This document shows positions 14,522 to 28,085 of a stretch of DNA of 64,000 nt, one piece after another. A model generated the notes under the pieces. The model had not been told where the DNA came from. It saw nothing but the letters and a program-made list of their open reading frames with translations, and searched no databases. This DNA comes from Octopus vulgaris. Taxonomy: Eukaryota. Location: the NCBI GenBank assembly GCA_951406725.2, contig OX597822.1:23808001-23872000 (forward strand), written 5' to 3'. The stretch's first letter is position 1, and each line of letters starts with the position of its first letter. Position numbers and translations under genes: made by a program.

Positions 14522-15460
14522 TTCAATCCGGCCAAGTACAAATCATTGTCTTGCGTGGGTACAGCTTTAGCTTGGTGCAAAGTATTGTTTGCTTGTCGAG
14601 ACTCAGTCATACTTTCCTCTCTTTCAAATGAAGTAAAATTACGAACTTTTATGGCCGATGATAATGCGATAAAGAAATCTCTTTTTGTGTTCCCGAGCAG
14701 CCTGGTGTCGAGTGAGCGAGCGAACTGGTGGCAACAGGGGGACGTTGGAGTTTGCCTCATTCGTTCAGGGTGTGTGAAACCGAGCTTTCGGACCTTATCC
14801 GTCGAGTGAAGGTGCCAAACGACAGTATCATGAGAGCAACACATCTGCTGGGCTAACTCCCGAGCGAATTGGCGCGGTTCGTCATGAATAAGATCGTTTG
14901 TGGAGGCACATGGCCTAGTGGTTAGAGGGGTCGCGGGTTCGAATCTCAGACCGGGCGATGTGTGTGTTTATGAGCGAAAACACCTAAGCTCTACGCGGCT
15001 CCGGCAGAAGGTAATGGCGAATTTCTGCTGACTCTTTCGCCACAACTTTCTCTCGCTTTTTCCTCCTGCATCTTGCAGCTCACCTGTGACGGACTGGCGT
15101 CCCGTCCAGGTGGGGAACCTATACGCCAAGAAACAAGGAAACCGGCCCTTATGAGCCAGGCATGGCTCGAGAAGGAACAAACAACAACAATAAGATCGTT
15201 TAATCGATCCTCATTGAACGAGCTTATCCATGACGGCCGAAACGATCTTATCCATGTGGACCGGAACTCAGAAAGGCTGTGCGGTCAAATTCCTTCTCCT
15301 TGAAACGTGAAAACCATTTCTGTGCAGTCCGTTCAGTACTGACGCCTTCTTTGAACGCAGCACGAATGCCTCGAGCGGTTTCGGCAGCATTGGAAACTTG
15401 ATTGAAAATGAAAAGAAGCAGGTGTCGAAAATGTAAATATTTTTCCTAGTTGCCACTCTA
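14522..15460 (-). pseudogene. mariner transposase N-terminal half, interrupted by a SINE
   Basis: Minus strand: HFRHLLLFIFNQVSNAAETARGIRAAF..TERTAQKWFSRFKEKEFD; ELAQQMCCSHDTVVWHLHSTDKVRKLG; KLYPRKTMICTW. Confidence 0.85.
14900..15188 (+). mobile_element. tRNA-derived SINE (family C) inserted in mariner, 13-bp TSD
   Basis: AATAAGATCGTTT at 14887 and 15189; (CAA)n tail; near copy of 1536-1840. Confidence 0.92.
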
Positions 15461-15651
15461 TCGTTATATGTCTGAAAAGAGGTAAAAATTTATTCAAATT
15501 TCAAAAGTTGTAGAAGAACAGAGCTACAAAAAAAAAAAACCCACAAGAAACAGGCCATAAAACAATGATAAAAAATATTTTTCGTGTTAATTCAAATAAC
15601 TCTGGAAAGAAAAGAACGAATTTATCTGACAACCAAATATACTTGTATGTG

Positions 15652-15683
<32 letters not shown>

Positions 15684-15697
15684 TGTATGTATGTATG

Positions 15698-15761
<64 letters not shown>

Positions 15762-15783
15762 CGTAAGTGTGTATATATATATA

Positions 15784-15824
<41 letters not shown>

Positions 15825-15837
15825 CTATGTGTTTGTG

Positions 15838-15879
<42 letters not shown>

Positions 15880-16105
15880 CACACACATACAGACGCGCAT
15901 ACGCGCACACACACGCACATACACACACACGTACGCGCGCACACACACACATAAGGAGACATTCTTTTGTGTAGTTGCCTTTGATATAAACACCCAGACA
16001 ATTTTGCTTTATTTCACTGTCAGTGAGAATTGGCATATCAAAGAGTTTAGTAACACTGAGGTTTCTTATACTTTTATTTTTATATAAAAAAAGTTCCTCT
16101 TATTG

Positions 16106-16142
<37 letters not shown>

Positions 16143-16767
16143 ATACAGAGAGTGGGAGAGAATGAGAGAGATATTTATGAATGTACGCATATATATTTAT
16201 AACATTCGCAGTTTCTATTATATGTATTATGAAGTTTCATAATGTTTGTATTGACTTGACTTGCCTTCGGCCCTCAGCTCTTTGGTATGGTTACAGGTGT
16301 ATCATTCCAGTGTATGGCCTGTATCGTCAGATCTTCAGACATAGCGAAGCCCATCCCTTTTCAGATCTGCCTACAACTGATTCCTTCTAGAATGAAAGAC
16401 AGAAAGAAAGAGAGAGAAAACGAAGAATGGCCCCCTACTGTAGAAGACTGATATATTTTTGGCTTCAAATTTTGGCACAAGACCAGCAAGTTCGGGAGAG
16501 GACGTGAGTCGATTACCTCGATTCCAGTATTTCACTGGTACTTATGTTATCGACCCCAAAAGAATAAAAGGCAAAGTTGATTTCAGCGCAATTTGAACTT
16601 ACAACATAAGGGCAGACGAAATTCCACAAAGCCTCTTACTCAGCGTGCCAATGAGTCTACCAGCTCGTCGCCTTGAACTGATATATTATTAAAGAATGAA
16701 AAGCAGTTTGGTCATTCATGCTATCTTGACAATCTATAAGTCTACGCACACACACGCTCGCGCACAC

Positions 16768-16808
<41 letters not shown>

Positions 16809-16928
16809 CACATACACACATATATATATTTATGTATGCATATATATATATATACATATATATATATATTTATATATGTATATATACATATATACATTTA
16901 CATATGTATATATGCATATGTATGTATG

Positions 16929-16989
<61 letters not shown>

Positions 16990-17469
16990 GAGTGTGCGCG
17001 TGTGTGAGTATGTGTGCATAGAAATATATATGGAGCGGAGATTATGGTGGTGTGTATATAAATATATGAATACAATAAAAAATATTTATGCTGACGCAAA
17101 CAATAGGCATTCCACTTACTGTAAACACTAGATAATCAAATATAAGCTTTTGATTATTTTATCAGAAGTTAATATCTCATTCATATGTTGTTGTTGTTGT
17201 TGTTGCTGCCGTTGTGATTGTTGTTGCTTAGCACCAGGTCACCTTTGACGAACAGATTTTTGATGAATAATGACATTCCAGTCGAAAGCATTCTGTCCTT
17301 TTCCCTCCTCTCTTTATTGTATATTAAGTTCTACCTTATGATGTCATGTATCCAGAACTGCCTGTGTTTTCTTCCTTTTTTTATCTCAAGGTGTAAACCA
17401 CATGATTTAAGTAAGCTATTTGGCTGCTATTTCGATGGTACATCGTAGAGGCTCCCTTGCTGGATCGTT

Positions 17470-18055
17470 CATTTTCCAGTTGATCCCTATAGTTCATCTC
17501 TAACTTGTTGATCCTTTATTAGTTGATTACTTATTTACTGGTTCCTTAATTGATCTGTTATTGGCTAACTCATTAGCAGTTGATCAGTAATAAGTTGATC
17601 CCTTTTTTTATTTCTTTGCTGACCCCTAATTGACTTCTCATTGGTTGATCCCTTAGTTTATCCATTGGTCATTTATTAATTTATTATTAGTTGATCTCTT
17701 AATAGTTGATCTATAATTACCTTATCCCTTATTAATTGATCCCTAATTATTTGATACCTAATCATTTGCTACCTAATTCATTGACCCCTTATTGATTGAT
17801 TCCTTATTAATTAATCCATTACCTATTAGACCTTTAGTTTATTATTAGCTGATCCCTTATTACTTGATCCCTATTTAGTTAATTTGTTAGTTGTTCCCTT
17901 ATCCTTTTATTTTATTTTGAAAACTTATTAGTTTATTAATTATTAGTTATCTCTTCTTAGTTGACCACTAATCAACAGATCTTTAATTACTTGATCACAG
18001 TCACTAATAGATATTTTGGTACACACTTTGTATTATTGATCAGTTCGATCCCTAG
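17470..18055. repeat. Degenerate minisatellite, ~15-nt unit TAGTTGATCCCTTAT
   Basis: Recurrent TTGATCCC/TTGACCCC about every 15-16 nt. Confidence 0.8.
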
Positions 18056-18848
18056 CACAGGTACAAAGGAAGAACGGATGCGATTACATCGACCCCAAAC
18101 ACTTAGCTAATATTTTATTTTATCGACCTCTACCGAAAGATAAAAAAAAGCAAAGTTAATCTCGGGGGAGTTTGAACACTGAGCCTGAAGGACTGAAACA
18201 AATACCTCAAGGCATTTTGTCCGACACTTACCGATTCTGACAATCTGCTAGTTTATGGTATTGTTTTCTTATATAGGCGCAAAGCCTCAAGTTAGGCTAG
18301 GCGAATAGTCGATTATCGAACCCGTTACTAGACCGGTATTGGTTGACCCTTTAAGATATCAACCCCACTGAAGAACTATGGTTATCGATATGACCAACCT
18401 CAGAAAATTAAAACAAATTTGACTTCTGTATTCTTTGATTTCAGACTGTAAAGAGCCGTAAATTAATCCAGCAAGGTACTTTGTCCGACGCTCTACCGAC
18501 TTTAACTTATCTACCGTCACGGGTTCGTGCTTTATTTTATGGATCCTAGAAGAAAAATTGCAAAGTTGACACCAATTCTGCTAAATCCTCGTCCTCGTGA
18601 TTAATTTCAACACAAATGTCTTGATTTCTTTGATAAAGGTATTTTAAATTTATGGAGATGACGAAATTGGCTGGTCTAGACATTCACTGCGACATTTATC
18701 AGTTTTCATTATTCATTAAAACTGTTTGGAAAAATGTCAAAACTTTGAAAATGTATTCTACGGGAATAATGAACGGCCAACAGGAGAGAAATCAATGAAA
18801 ATTTACATACACAGATGCATACATACATACATACATACATACATACAT

Positions 18849-18886
<38 letters not shown>

Positions 18887-19402
18887 TCATACATATATGT
18901 ATGTATTTGTGTGTATGTATGTCTGTATATATGTATGCAGGCATGTGTGTGCACATATATATATAGACACACACACTCACACACTTAGCCATATTTATCT
19001 ATATACCATATACATATATGTTGACATACACGTATCAATCTGTCTATCTATCTACTTATCTATCTATCGATCCATTGATTGTGTGTGTATGTCTGAGTGT
19101 GTACACACACACACATATGCAGAGATAAATAACCAACTCTATCTTAACATTAAATAGCATACGATGAGTCAATGAGTCAACCGCTGGACAGTCAGGAATA
19201 AGAGTCAGGTAAGCACATTCTATCAAGTTATTGTTGCTATTATTGCTGTTGTTGTTGTTTTTGCGTATGTTAAAGGAATATATACTGGAGAAATCTCTTT
19301 GAACTTTTGATTTCTGAAATGAAGCACAAATTAGGAAGTGTTAGTCGATTTAACAGGCTTCCAGTACATGACTAAAGCGTCGAAATGGCAGAGTCATTTG
19401 AG

Positions 19403-19883
19403 TAGTGTTACCCAACCGTGATGCTCCCGGAATCCTAGCGATACATATGCTAATTATATGCAAATGCATTTTCCAGTCCTTTTTGTGTTCAATCCTATAT
19501 TCGTAATTATATTCGTAATTATATTATACACGCACGACAAATTCCAAATATTGATATTTGTAGGTAGTTATGAGACCCTTCCGGGGGGAAAATGACCTTT
19601 TAATGTCGATTTATAAAATGAATTGAATAGGGAATTGATCTAAGCAGGGTTTCTGTTAAGAAGGAATTTGTCGAACCTTCTTTGAGTTGTTTGATTGACT
19701 TAGCATTATCAAACCCTTCAAAGCCAGCTTTATGAGTTTGTTTAATCTTCTATGTTATTTAACTTTCTGAAAGAGAATATAGAAGATAAAGAAAGGTGTA
19801 TATAATGTTCGTATTGGGGTTATCTGAGACATAAAATGCATTCCAAGGAATCCTCAAGAATAAAAATGGCTAGGAGACTCTGT
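19403..19883. mobile_element. Possible old hAT-type non-autonomous element
   Basis: AGTGTTACCCAACC start and degenerate GGCTAGGAGACTCTG end resemble hAT CAGTG..CCCAACC termini; no clear TSD. Confidence 0.35.
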
Positions 19884-20243
19884 GTTAGAGTATCAGATAG
19901 GATGTCTTGTGCTATCAGTTTCGGCGTTCTCCGCTCTGAGTTCAAAACTCGCTGAGGTCAACTTTTCCTTTCGTCCTTACGAGATCGATGAATTAGCTAT
20001 CAGTTAGGTACTTGGAATGATTATTCTCCTGTCTGTTTCATTCTCTCTCTCTCTTTGTCTCTTTCTCTCTCTCTCTCTCTCTCTACCTACCTACCTACCT
20101 ACCTACCTACCTACCTACCTACTTACCTACCTATAAATAAATAAATATATATATATATATATAAGCGTAGCCAATTCTCATTTCTCTCTCCTTCTCTCTT
20201 TCTACACAGACAGACAGACAGAGAGACAGACAGACAGACAGAC

Positions 20244-20244
<1 letters not shown>

Positions 20245-20315
<71 letters not shown>

Positions 20316-20701
20316 TGATAGATAGTTAGATAGATAGATAGATAGAATAGATTAGAATGGCTAAGTTACACTGTGATGAGGAGAGGTATTAGAGGAACGT
20401 TCACAGCACTTCCTTTCCCACTAAAATTGTAAAGGATCGAACAGGGAACTATCAACGTCTGCTTCTGGAGAAATATAGAAAAGAAATGTGACATATCACT
20501 GAAGACGTTCAAGCATGGCCTGATGCGCAATACATTAAGAAGCGGAAGTGAAAAAGTATTTGATTGTAATTTAATTTCATCAATCCTGGAAGAATGAAAT
20601 ATTACGTTTAATCCCGGTGCGATTTGAACCCAGAATAATTAACAATAGTCGGAGTCTCCAAAGTAGACGCTATTACTTAACCGCTTAGCATTCAGTTATT
20701 C
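20245..20701 (+). repeat. Left arm of a young inverted duplication
   Basis: Reverse complement of 22931-23372; two substitutions seen in ~355 bp of unique sequence. Confidence 0.97.
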
Positions 20702-22751
20702 GCGATGTTTGAAATTAGCTTCGAAATTTCGATGATGTGATCGTTTCTTTTCAGAGTGACATTGTAGAATAGACGTGAGAAGAGAGATCTTTGGGACAAA
20801 CCGCAAGTTTGCTCTCACTGAGTCTATAATGATGAAAGGCTTTCCAGCTGTGATCGTCAGTGTTTTTCCTATGTACTAGGAACTCAGTATCATGTTATCC
20901 AACGTGCACTTTTTTTATTTTTAAGACTGTAGGATGTGATTTGAGGGAGATTTAGCAGCTATTTATACCAGGTCGAGTAACCATAAAGAGACTTCTTGTT
21001 GATACCAGTACCGTACAGTCGCGTAGCTTAGTGGTTAGAGCATTCGGCTCATGATCGTCAAGTGGGGAGTTTGATTCTCGGCGACGCGTTGTGTCCTTGA
21101 GCAAAACACTTTATTTCACATTGCTCCAGTCCACTCAGCTGGAAAAATGAGTAATACCTGCATTTCAAAGGGCCAGCCTTGTCACGGTGTGTGTCACGCT
21201 GATTCTCCCTGAGATCTACGTTAAGGATATGCGTGTCTTAAGGGGCGGCGAGCTGGCAGAAACGTTAGCACGCCGGGCGAAATGCTTAGTGGTAGTTCGT
21301 CTGCCGTTACGTTCTGAGTTCAAATTCCGCGAGGTCGACTTTGCCTTTCATCCTTTCGGGGTCAATTAAATAAGTACCAGTTACGCACTGGGGTCGATGT
21401 AATCGACGTAATCCGTTTGTCTGTCCGTGTTTGTCCTCTCTGTGTTTAGCCCCTTGTGGGTTGTAAAGAAATAGGTATGTGTGTCTGTGGAGTGCTCAGC
21501 CACATGGACTTTAATTTCACGAGCAGGCTCTTCCATTAGTCGGATCAACTGGAACAGCCGCCGTCTTAAGCGATAGGGTGCTAGTTATTTTCTTTTTTCC
21601 TTCTTTTTATTACTGTACAGTTGTGGTAAGCTATCAGCAAGTTGAGCCTGCGGCACAGGTTCGATTCACGCTCCATGTCCGCTTCCGAAATGTATCTGCA
21701 ACCTTTAAGTGTTATTAATTGTCCGGGAAGTTAAGTTCTTCATCAGACTAGATCAATAACTGTCAACACACCACCTTCGAATGAGAAATTAACAACTAAA
21801 TACGAAAGATTTTGTTTGTCTGCACTAGTTTAATACTAAACTGTACAGGTCGATTCCTTGTTGAGTGACTAGTTTATTTCACTTTACTTTTCTTGAATTG
21901 TATCAACGAGAAATCTAGTTTTAAATCACTTTCCCGAAGATAGATGTCCTCCTGGATAACTGTATAATATTACACGAGGAAGTCTCTTCACAATATTGAT
22001 CTTCCTAGAAATAGCAACCAAATTCCCTCAAATCAAACTTTACCGTTAGACAGATACGTCAAACAATATTCATTAGAAACAAATAGAGAGAATGGACAGA
22101 GCTTGAATGCTTTTGTCATTCCATGTAAACATCGAAAGTTACTATAAGAACAAGTCAAACCGAGCTGTTTTCATGGTAGTAAGGGAGATAGACACAGTTA
22201 GGCTCGAGACATACTTACATGGACCAAACAATAACGATAACATCACCATCATTGTCATCATCAACAATAATCACATCATAGGGAACAGCGTTTTCATAGG
22301 TGACATTAATTATCCATTAAGAACCAAGGAATACATAGCTGCTATTTCTAGCAAGTTGTGTGACGCTGTCGCCTTGTTAGCTTGCTTCTATGCTTTTATC
22401 ACATGGCTGCTTAATCACAGCTGACCTGGTGTTAAACAACAAGAATAACGGGGAACAGAGCTTTCATTGGTTATTGGTCGTTGATCGTGGGATGCTGACC
22501 TCAGAGGGATTTGAGCATTGAATCTAAACCTGACTCAACCAAATACCGCAAGGCATTTTGTCTGACGCTCAACGATTCTACCAACCCGCCATCTTTAATT
22601 TCTAACATGAGTGTACAAATACACAAATTTGGGACAAAATCAACCAAGTAAGCTGCTATTTCTAAAAGGGAAAGCGCTAATATCTAGTGAATAGGGAGTT
22701 ACAGTAATTTAACTTTTATATATTTCAGCGACATCAAATCCTGCGACCGAT

Positions 22752-22955
22752 TTAACCCTTTAAAATTCAAAGCGGCCATATCTGACCAAAATATTCTTAA
22801 CTGTTTTTTATTTATGCCGAAACTGGCCAGATCTTGCCTCTCACACCCATCCTTTAATGTCACTCTGAAAACAAAGCACCATCGAAATCTCCAAGCTACA
22901 AGACAATACATAATTAATTTCAAACAATGTGAATAACTGAATGCTAAGCGGTTAA
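22752..22955 (-). mobile_element. TTAA-flanked piggyBac-like MITE
   Basis: TTAA-CCCTTTA...TAAGCGG-TTAA. A partial opposite-orientation copy lies at 20677-20790. Confidence 0.65.
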
Positions 22956-23314
22956 GTAATAGCGTCTACTTTGGAGACTCCGACTATTGTTAATTATTCT
23001 GGGTTCAAATCGCACCGGGATTAAACGTAATATTTCATTCTTCTAGGATTGATGAAATTAAATTACAATCAAATACTTTTTCACTTCCGCTTCTTAATGT
23101 ATTGCGCATCAGGCCATGCTTGGACGTCTTCAGTGATATGTCACATTTCTTTTCTATATTTCTCCAGAAGCAGACGTTGATAGTTCCCTGTTCGATCCTT
23201 TACAATTTTAGTGGGAAAGGAAGTGCTGTGAACGTTCCTCTAATACCTCTCCTCATCACAGTGTAACTTAGCCATTCTAATCTATTCTATCTATCTATCT
23301 AACTATCTATCTAA

Positions 23315-23372
<58 letters not shown>
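22931..23372 (-). repeat. Right arm of a young inverted duplication
   Basis: See 20245-20701. Confidence 0.97.
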
Positions 23373-23373
<1 letters not shown>

Positions 23374-23414
23374 GCTAGCTAGCTATCTAACCTATCTATC
23401 TATGTATATATATG

Positions 23415-23485
<71 letters not shown>

Positions 23486-23760
23486 TAAAAGCAATTAAGA
23501 TTCAAGTCAATTCTAATGAATTTACTTGAATGCGGTACTTAACTTAGATGCACCAGAAAACTATATGGTGTTAACCATACAGTAATGTGGGGTGATTATA
23601 AACGAGAAAGAAGCAACAAGAATGGATTAGTTTTTAGTACAATTGCAACTTTTAATTTGCAACTTTTAATAAAGCCTGTCTTTGTATGAAACAATTGTAC
23701 TAAAAACTAATCCATTCTTGTTGCTTCTTTCTCGTATATATATATATATATGTATGTATA

Positions 23761-23833
<73 letters not shown>

Positions 23834-24010
23834 TATAGAAGGAGCTTTGTAGTACTGTTCATTCAAGAAAATCTTCAGGAAGTGCTTCCTGAAGATTTCT
23901 CTTGAATGAAACAGTACTATCCATAGAAGCTCCTTCTATATAATAAATTAATTTTACTCTGCTATGTATTGAGTACCTTACTTACTGTGGTTAACCCCGA
24001 ATCAACCCGG

Positions 24011-24047
<37 letters not shown>

Positions 24048-24357
24048 GTCTATCTTATCGTCGAGAGACTTCGAATAACAGCTAAATTTTCTTCAAAGTA
24101 CATCATATCGATTACCAACCAGCCAGAGACCACCTTCAGTTCCATGATACAAATTGATCTAGATTAAAACCTTTCTTCAAAATATTTTATGGTACCCCGT
24201 GTCCCGAACACAACAAAAGGCGGTGAGTTGGCAGAATCAGCACACCGGGTAAAATGCTTAGCAACATTTCGTCCCTCTTTACGTTCTGAGTTCAAATTCC
24301 GCCGAGGTTGACTTTGTCTTTCGTCCATGCGGTGTCGATAAAATAAATACCAGTTGA

Positions 24358-25243
24358 ATGGTCTCTTCAGTTTCGCTAACAGATTATTTATCTTTTTTTT
24401 TTAACTAAACAGGTTGAAACTTAGTATACTGGTGTAATTTCTCACGCTGAACATGGTTTACTTGTAATATTTTTCACAAAATTTCGTATTTTAGAAATTG
24501 TCATATTTGGGTAATTTTAACCAATCAACAACGTGTATCAGCTGAAGAAAGCTATTGTTGTATGCGATAGTAATCGAAGAACAACAACTTCCGAATCATC
24601 TCTACTAAATGTCACAACTTTGTTCTGTTTTATTTTTGTTTACAGCCTGTGTTACATATTACACACTTTGTTTTTGTTTTGCTTTTCGATCGCCTCTTTA
24701 AACGATTAGTGAAAATGAAAATGACAAAGAGGCGATCGAAAAGCCAAAAAAAAAAGTGTTTAATATGCATCACAAGCAGTAAACAAAAATAAAATAGAAC
24801 AAAGTGGTGACATTTAGTAGTGATGTCCCGAGAGTTGTTGCTCTTCCATTACTATCGTATACAGCAGTAGCTTGCTTCAGCTGAATACACGTCGTTGATT
24901 GGCTAAAATCACCCAAATACGACAACTTTAACACGAAATAACTTCTAAAATACGAAATTTTGTCAAAAATGTTGAAAGTAGACCGTGTTCAGCGTGAGTA
25001 ATTACACCAGTATACGAAGTTTCAAACTGTTTACTTTTTTACTCTTGTACTCGTTTCAGTCATTTGACTGAGGCCATGCTGGAGCACCGCCTTTTAGTCG
25101 AGCAAATCGACCCCTGGACTTATTCTTTGCAAGCCTGGTTCTTATTCTATCGGACTCTTTTGCCGAACCGCTAGGTGACGGGGTCGTAAACACACCAGCA
25201 TCGGTTGTCAAGCGATGTTGGGGGGACAAACACAGGCACCCAA

Positions 25244-25282
<39 letters not shown>

Positions 25283-25288
25283 AAAATC

Positions 25289-25324
<36 letters not shown>

Positions 25325-25517
25325 CATATACATCTATACGACAGGCTTCTTTCAGTTTCTGTCTGCCAAATCCACTCACAAGGCTTTGGTGGGCCCCGAG
25401 GCTATAGTAGAAGACATTTGCCCAAGGTGCCACGCAAGGGGAATGTACCCGGAACCATGTGGTTGGTAAGCAAGCTACTTACCACACAGCCGCTCAAAAA
25501 AAAACTGAAGAGATCCC
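24358..25517. mobile_element. Fold-back DNA element (~300-bp arms, 26-nt loop) inserted in a SINE and itself carrying a SINE
   Basis: 24406-24699 is a diverged reverse complement of 24726-25033. Outer termini GTCTCTTCAGTTT / AAACTGAAGAGAT; duplicated (C)CAGTTGA at 24350 and 25517. Confidence 0.85.
25034..25492 (-). mobile_element. SINE family A inserted into the fold-back element
   Basis: Full-length copy separating the right arm from its terminus. Confidence 0.88.
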
Positions 25518-27070
25518 CAGTTGAGTAACGTGCGTTGATGTAATCGACTTAATTCCTCACTTGATATTGTTGGCCATTTAACAAAATTTGAAACTAACCT
25601 ATGCTCCAAACCACAGTTTAAAAATAACAAAGACGTTTTTATAAACTGCTTCCTTATTTTTTAAATTAATTGAAGTAATGGGCGCAGGCATGGCTATATG
25701 GTTAAGAAGCTCGCTTTGCACTCACGTGGTTTCGCGTTCGTTCCCACTGCGCGGCACCTTGAGCAAGTGTCTTCTACCATAATTTCTACCAAAGCCTTAT
25801 GAGTGAATTTAGTCGAAAGAAACTGTGTGGAATCCCGTCGTTTTATATGTATTTGTCCCCACCACTGATTAACAATAACCGGTGTTCGTTTGTTTACGTA
25901 CCCCGTAACATAGCTGTCCCACAATAGAGACCAATGGAATAAATGCCAGACATACAAATTATGTACTGGTGTTCAACGTTTCAAATCGGTGTCGCAGCCC
26001 AATGATGAAAACATAAAACATAAAAGATAAAAGGCAATGCATTTCAACAAAAGGTATTTAAAAAATGGGAACGACACACATGATGGTCATGGGTGGCGCG
26101 TATTTGAAATCATGAGTCTGCACAGTCAGAGTAGACCAGGACTAAACAACAATGAAATACCAGTTTCTGACTGCTAAACAACGAAGATAGAACGTCACTA
26201 TTTCAAAGTTTCTGTTATAATCATTTAATAATTTAATAATCATTTAATAATAATTTTTTTTTTTTCGTTGAACTGTTTAGTTTATATTAATACTCGCCGA
26301 ATACGATGCTAAGGAATTAAATGACTCGGACTCGATCCAAATATAACCGACAATCATGTCTCTGTAAAGAAAAATGTATTACTACTAATAATAATAAAGC
26401 AGAAGATATTTATTACGTCGTTACAATCGGTGAATAAGAATTAGTATTTTTAGAGTGAAAACTAAAATGGCGTTGTATAGTAGCCAAGTTTTTATCTCAT
26501 ATACCATCTCTCTTGTCACTGACGGAGATGATTTATAGCATTACATGATGATTTCTTTATTACGCATCAGCTATCATTTCATTAACCTGACGATAGTCTA
26601 GTTGTCGTCATCGTCTGCTGTCTATTGACTGGCCAATGTTTCAATCGACACGACGAACAAACAACAGCCCTAACAGACAAACAAACAAAAAAAAAAAAAG
26701 AAGAAATGTTTGAGTCAGTCAGTACATTGCGTAAAAGAAGAAATAGAAAGAAAAGAAAAGCAGTGTGACATGTTTCGGTACTAACATTCTGAAGGACAGT
26801 GGTTGTGATGGAAGAGACATTATTGTGAGAATATATCAATTATTTACGATATGATCTTTATGTAAAACATACATAATTTGTCTTTTTAGCTTGTTATTTT
26901 ATTATATTTTATTTACTCATTTCTCTATATATATTTCTGTTTTTCAGTGAAGGTTAAAAGAAGAAAAAATTGCTTCTGCGCGGTGTTGTTATAGAGAGAA
27001 TCCGTCAAGAATTCTTTAGCAAAAACGAACTCATTTACCGCATGATAATAATAATAATAATAATATTAAT

Positions 27071-27138
<68 letters not shown>

Positions 27139-27348
27139 CAACAACACATTTGTGGGAAGGGGAGTAGTCGATTACAGCGAACCGAGTTTATCCCTGGTGC
27201 TTAATTTATCGACCCGAAAAGATGGAAGGCAAAGTCGACCTAGGTGGAATTTGAACTTAGAACTTAACAATGGACGAAATGCCGCTAAGCATTTTATCCG
27301 GCGTGCTAACGATTCTGCCAGCTCTCAACCATAATAATAATAATAATC

Positions 27349-27402
<54 letters not shown>

Positions 27403-27702
27403 CTGAGACCCCCTTCGGTCATCACTGACCGTGGGATTGCGCCTAGAAAGATACCCTCCCGGGCACAAGTCCGAGCAAGGTTGTTTATGGAAGACCAGCA
27501 GTAGCCCATGCATACCAGCCTCCCCTCTCCACGCCACCGGTGTTATCCAAGGGAAAGGCAACGGCAGATACAGCTTGGCACCAGTGACATCGCTACTCAT
27601 TTCTATAGCTAAGTGAACTGGAGCAACGTGAAATAAAGTGTCTTGCTCAAGAACATAACACAGAGCCCGGTCCGGGATTCGAACTCACAACTCACAATCG
27701 TA

Positions 27703-28085
27703 AACCAACCAACCAGCCGACCCACCGACAAACCAACCAACACATGACCAACCGACAAACCAGCCAGCCATCCGATCCACAACCAACTGACAAACCAACC
27801 AACCAGCCGACCCACCGACCAACCAGCCAACCATCCAACCAGCCGACAAATCAGCCAACCATCCGACACATGACCAACCGACAAACCAGCCAACCAGCCG
27901 TTCCACGACCAGCCGACAAACCAACCAACCAGCCGACCCACCGACCACCAACCATCGAACCAACTGACAAACCAACCAACCAGCCGACCCACCGACCGAC
28001 CAACCATCGAACCAACTGACAAACCAACCAACCAGCCGACCCATCGACCTGTCAACCATCCGACCCACCGGCCAACCAGCCAACA
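27703..28085. repeat. Higher-order (CCAA/CCGA) minisatellite
   Basis: Recurring block ACAAACCAACCAACCAGCCGACCCACCGAC. Confidence 0.9.

Noticed and set aside
16250-16345. Minus-strand CTGAAGA/CTGACGA..GGCCGAAG and small hairpin (ribozyme or miRNA?)
   Set aside because: No GAAA/UH geometry or stem I; no match to conserved miRNAs I recall.
26900-27045. Strong plus-strand acceptor-like TTTTCAG at 26947 (similar at 43638)
   Set aside because: No recognisable coding frame or matching donor; such motifs are common in AT-rich DNA.
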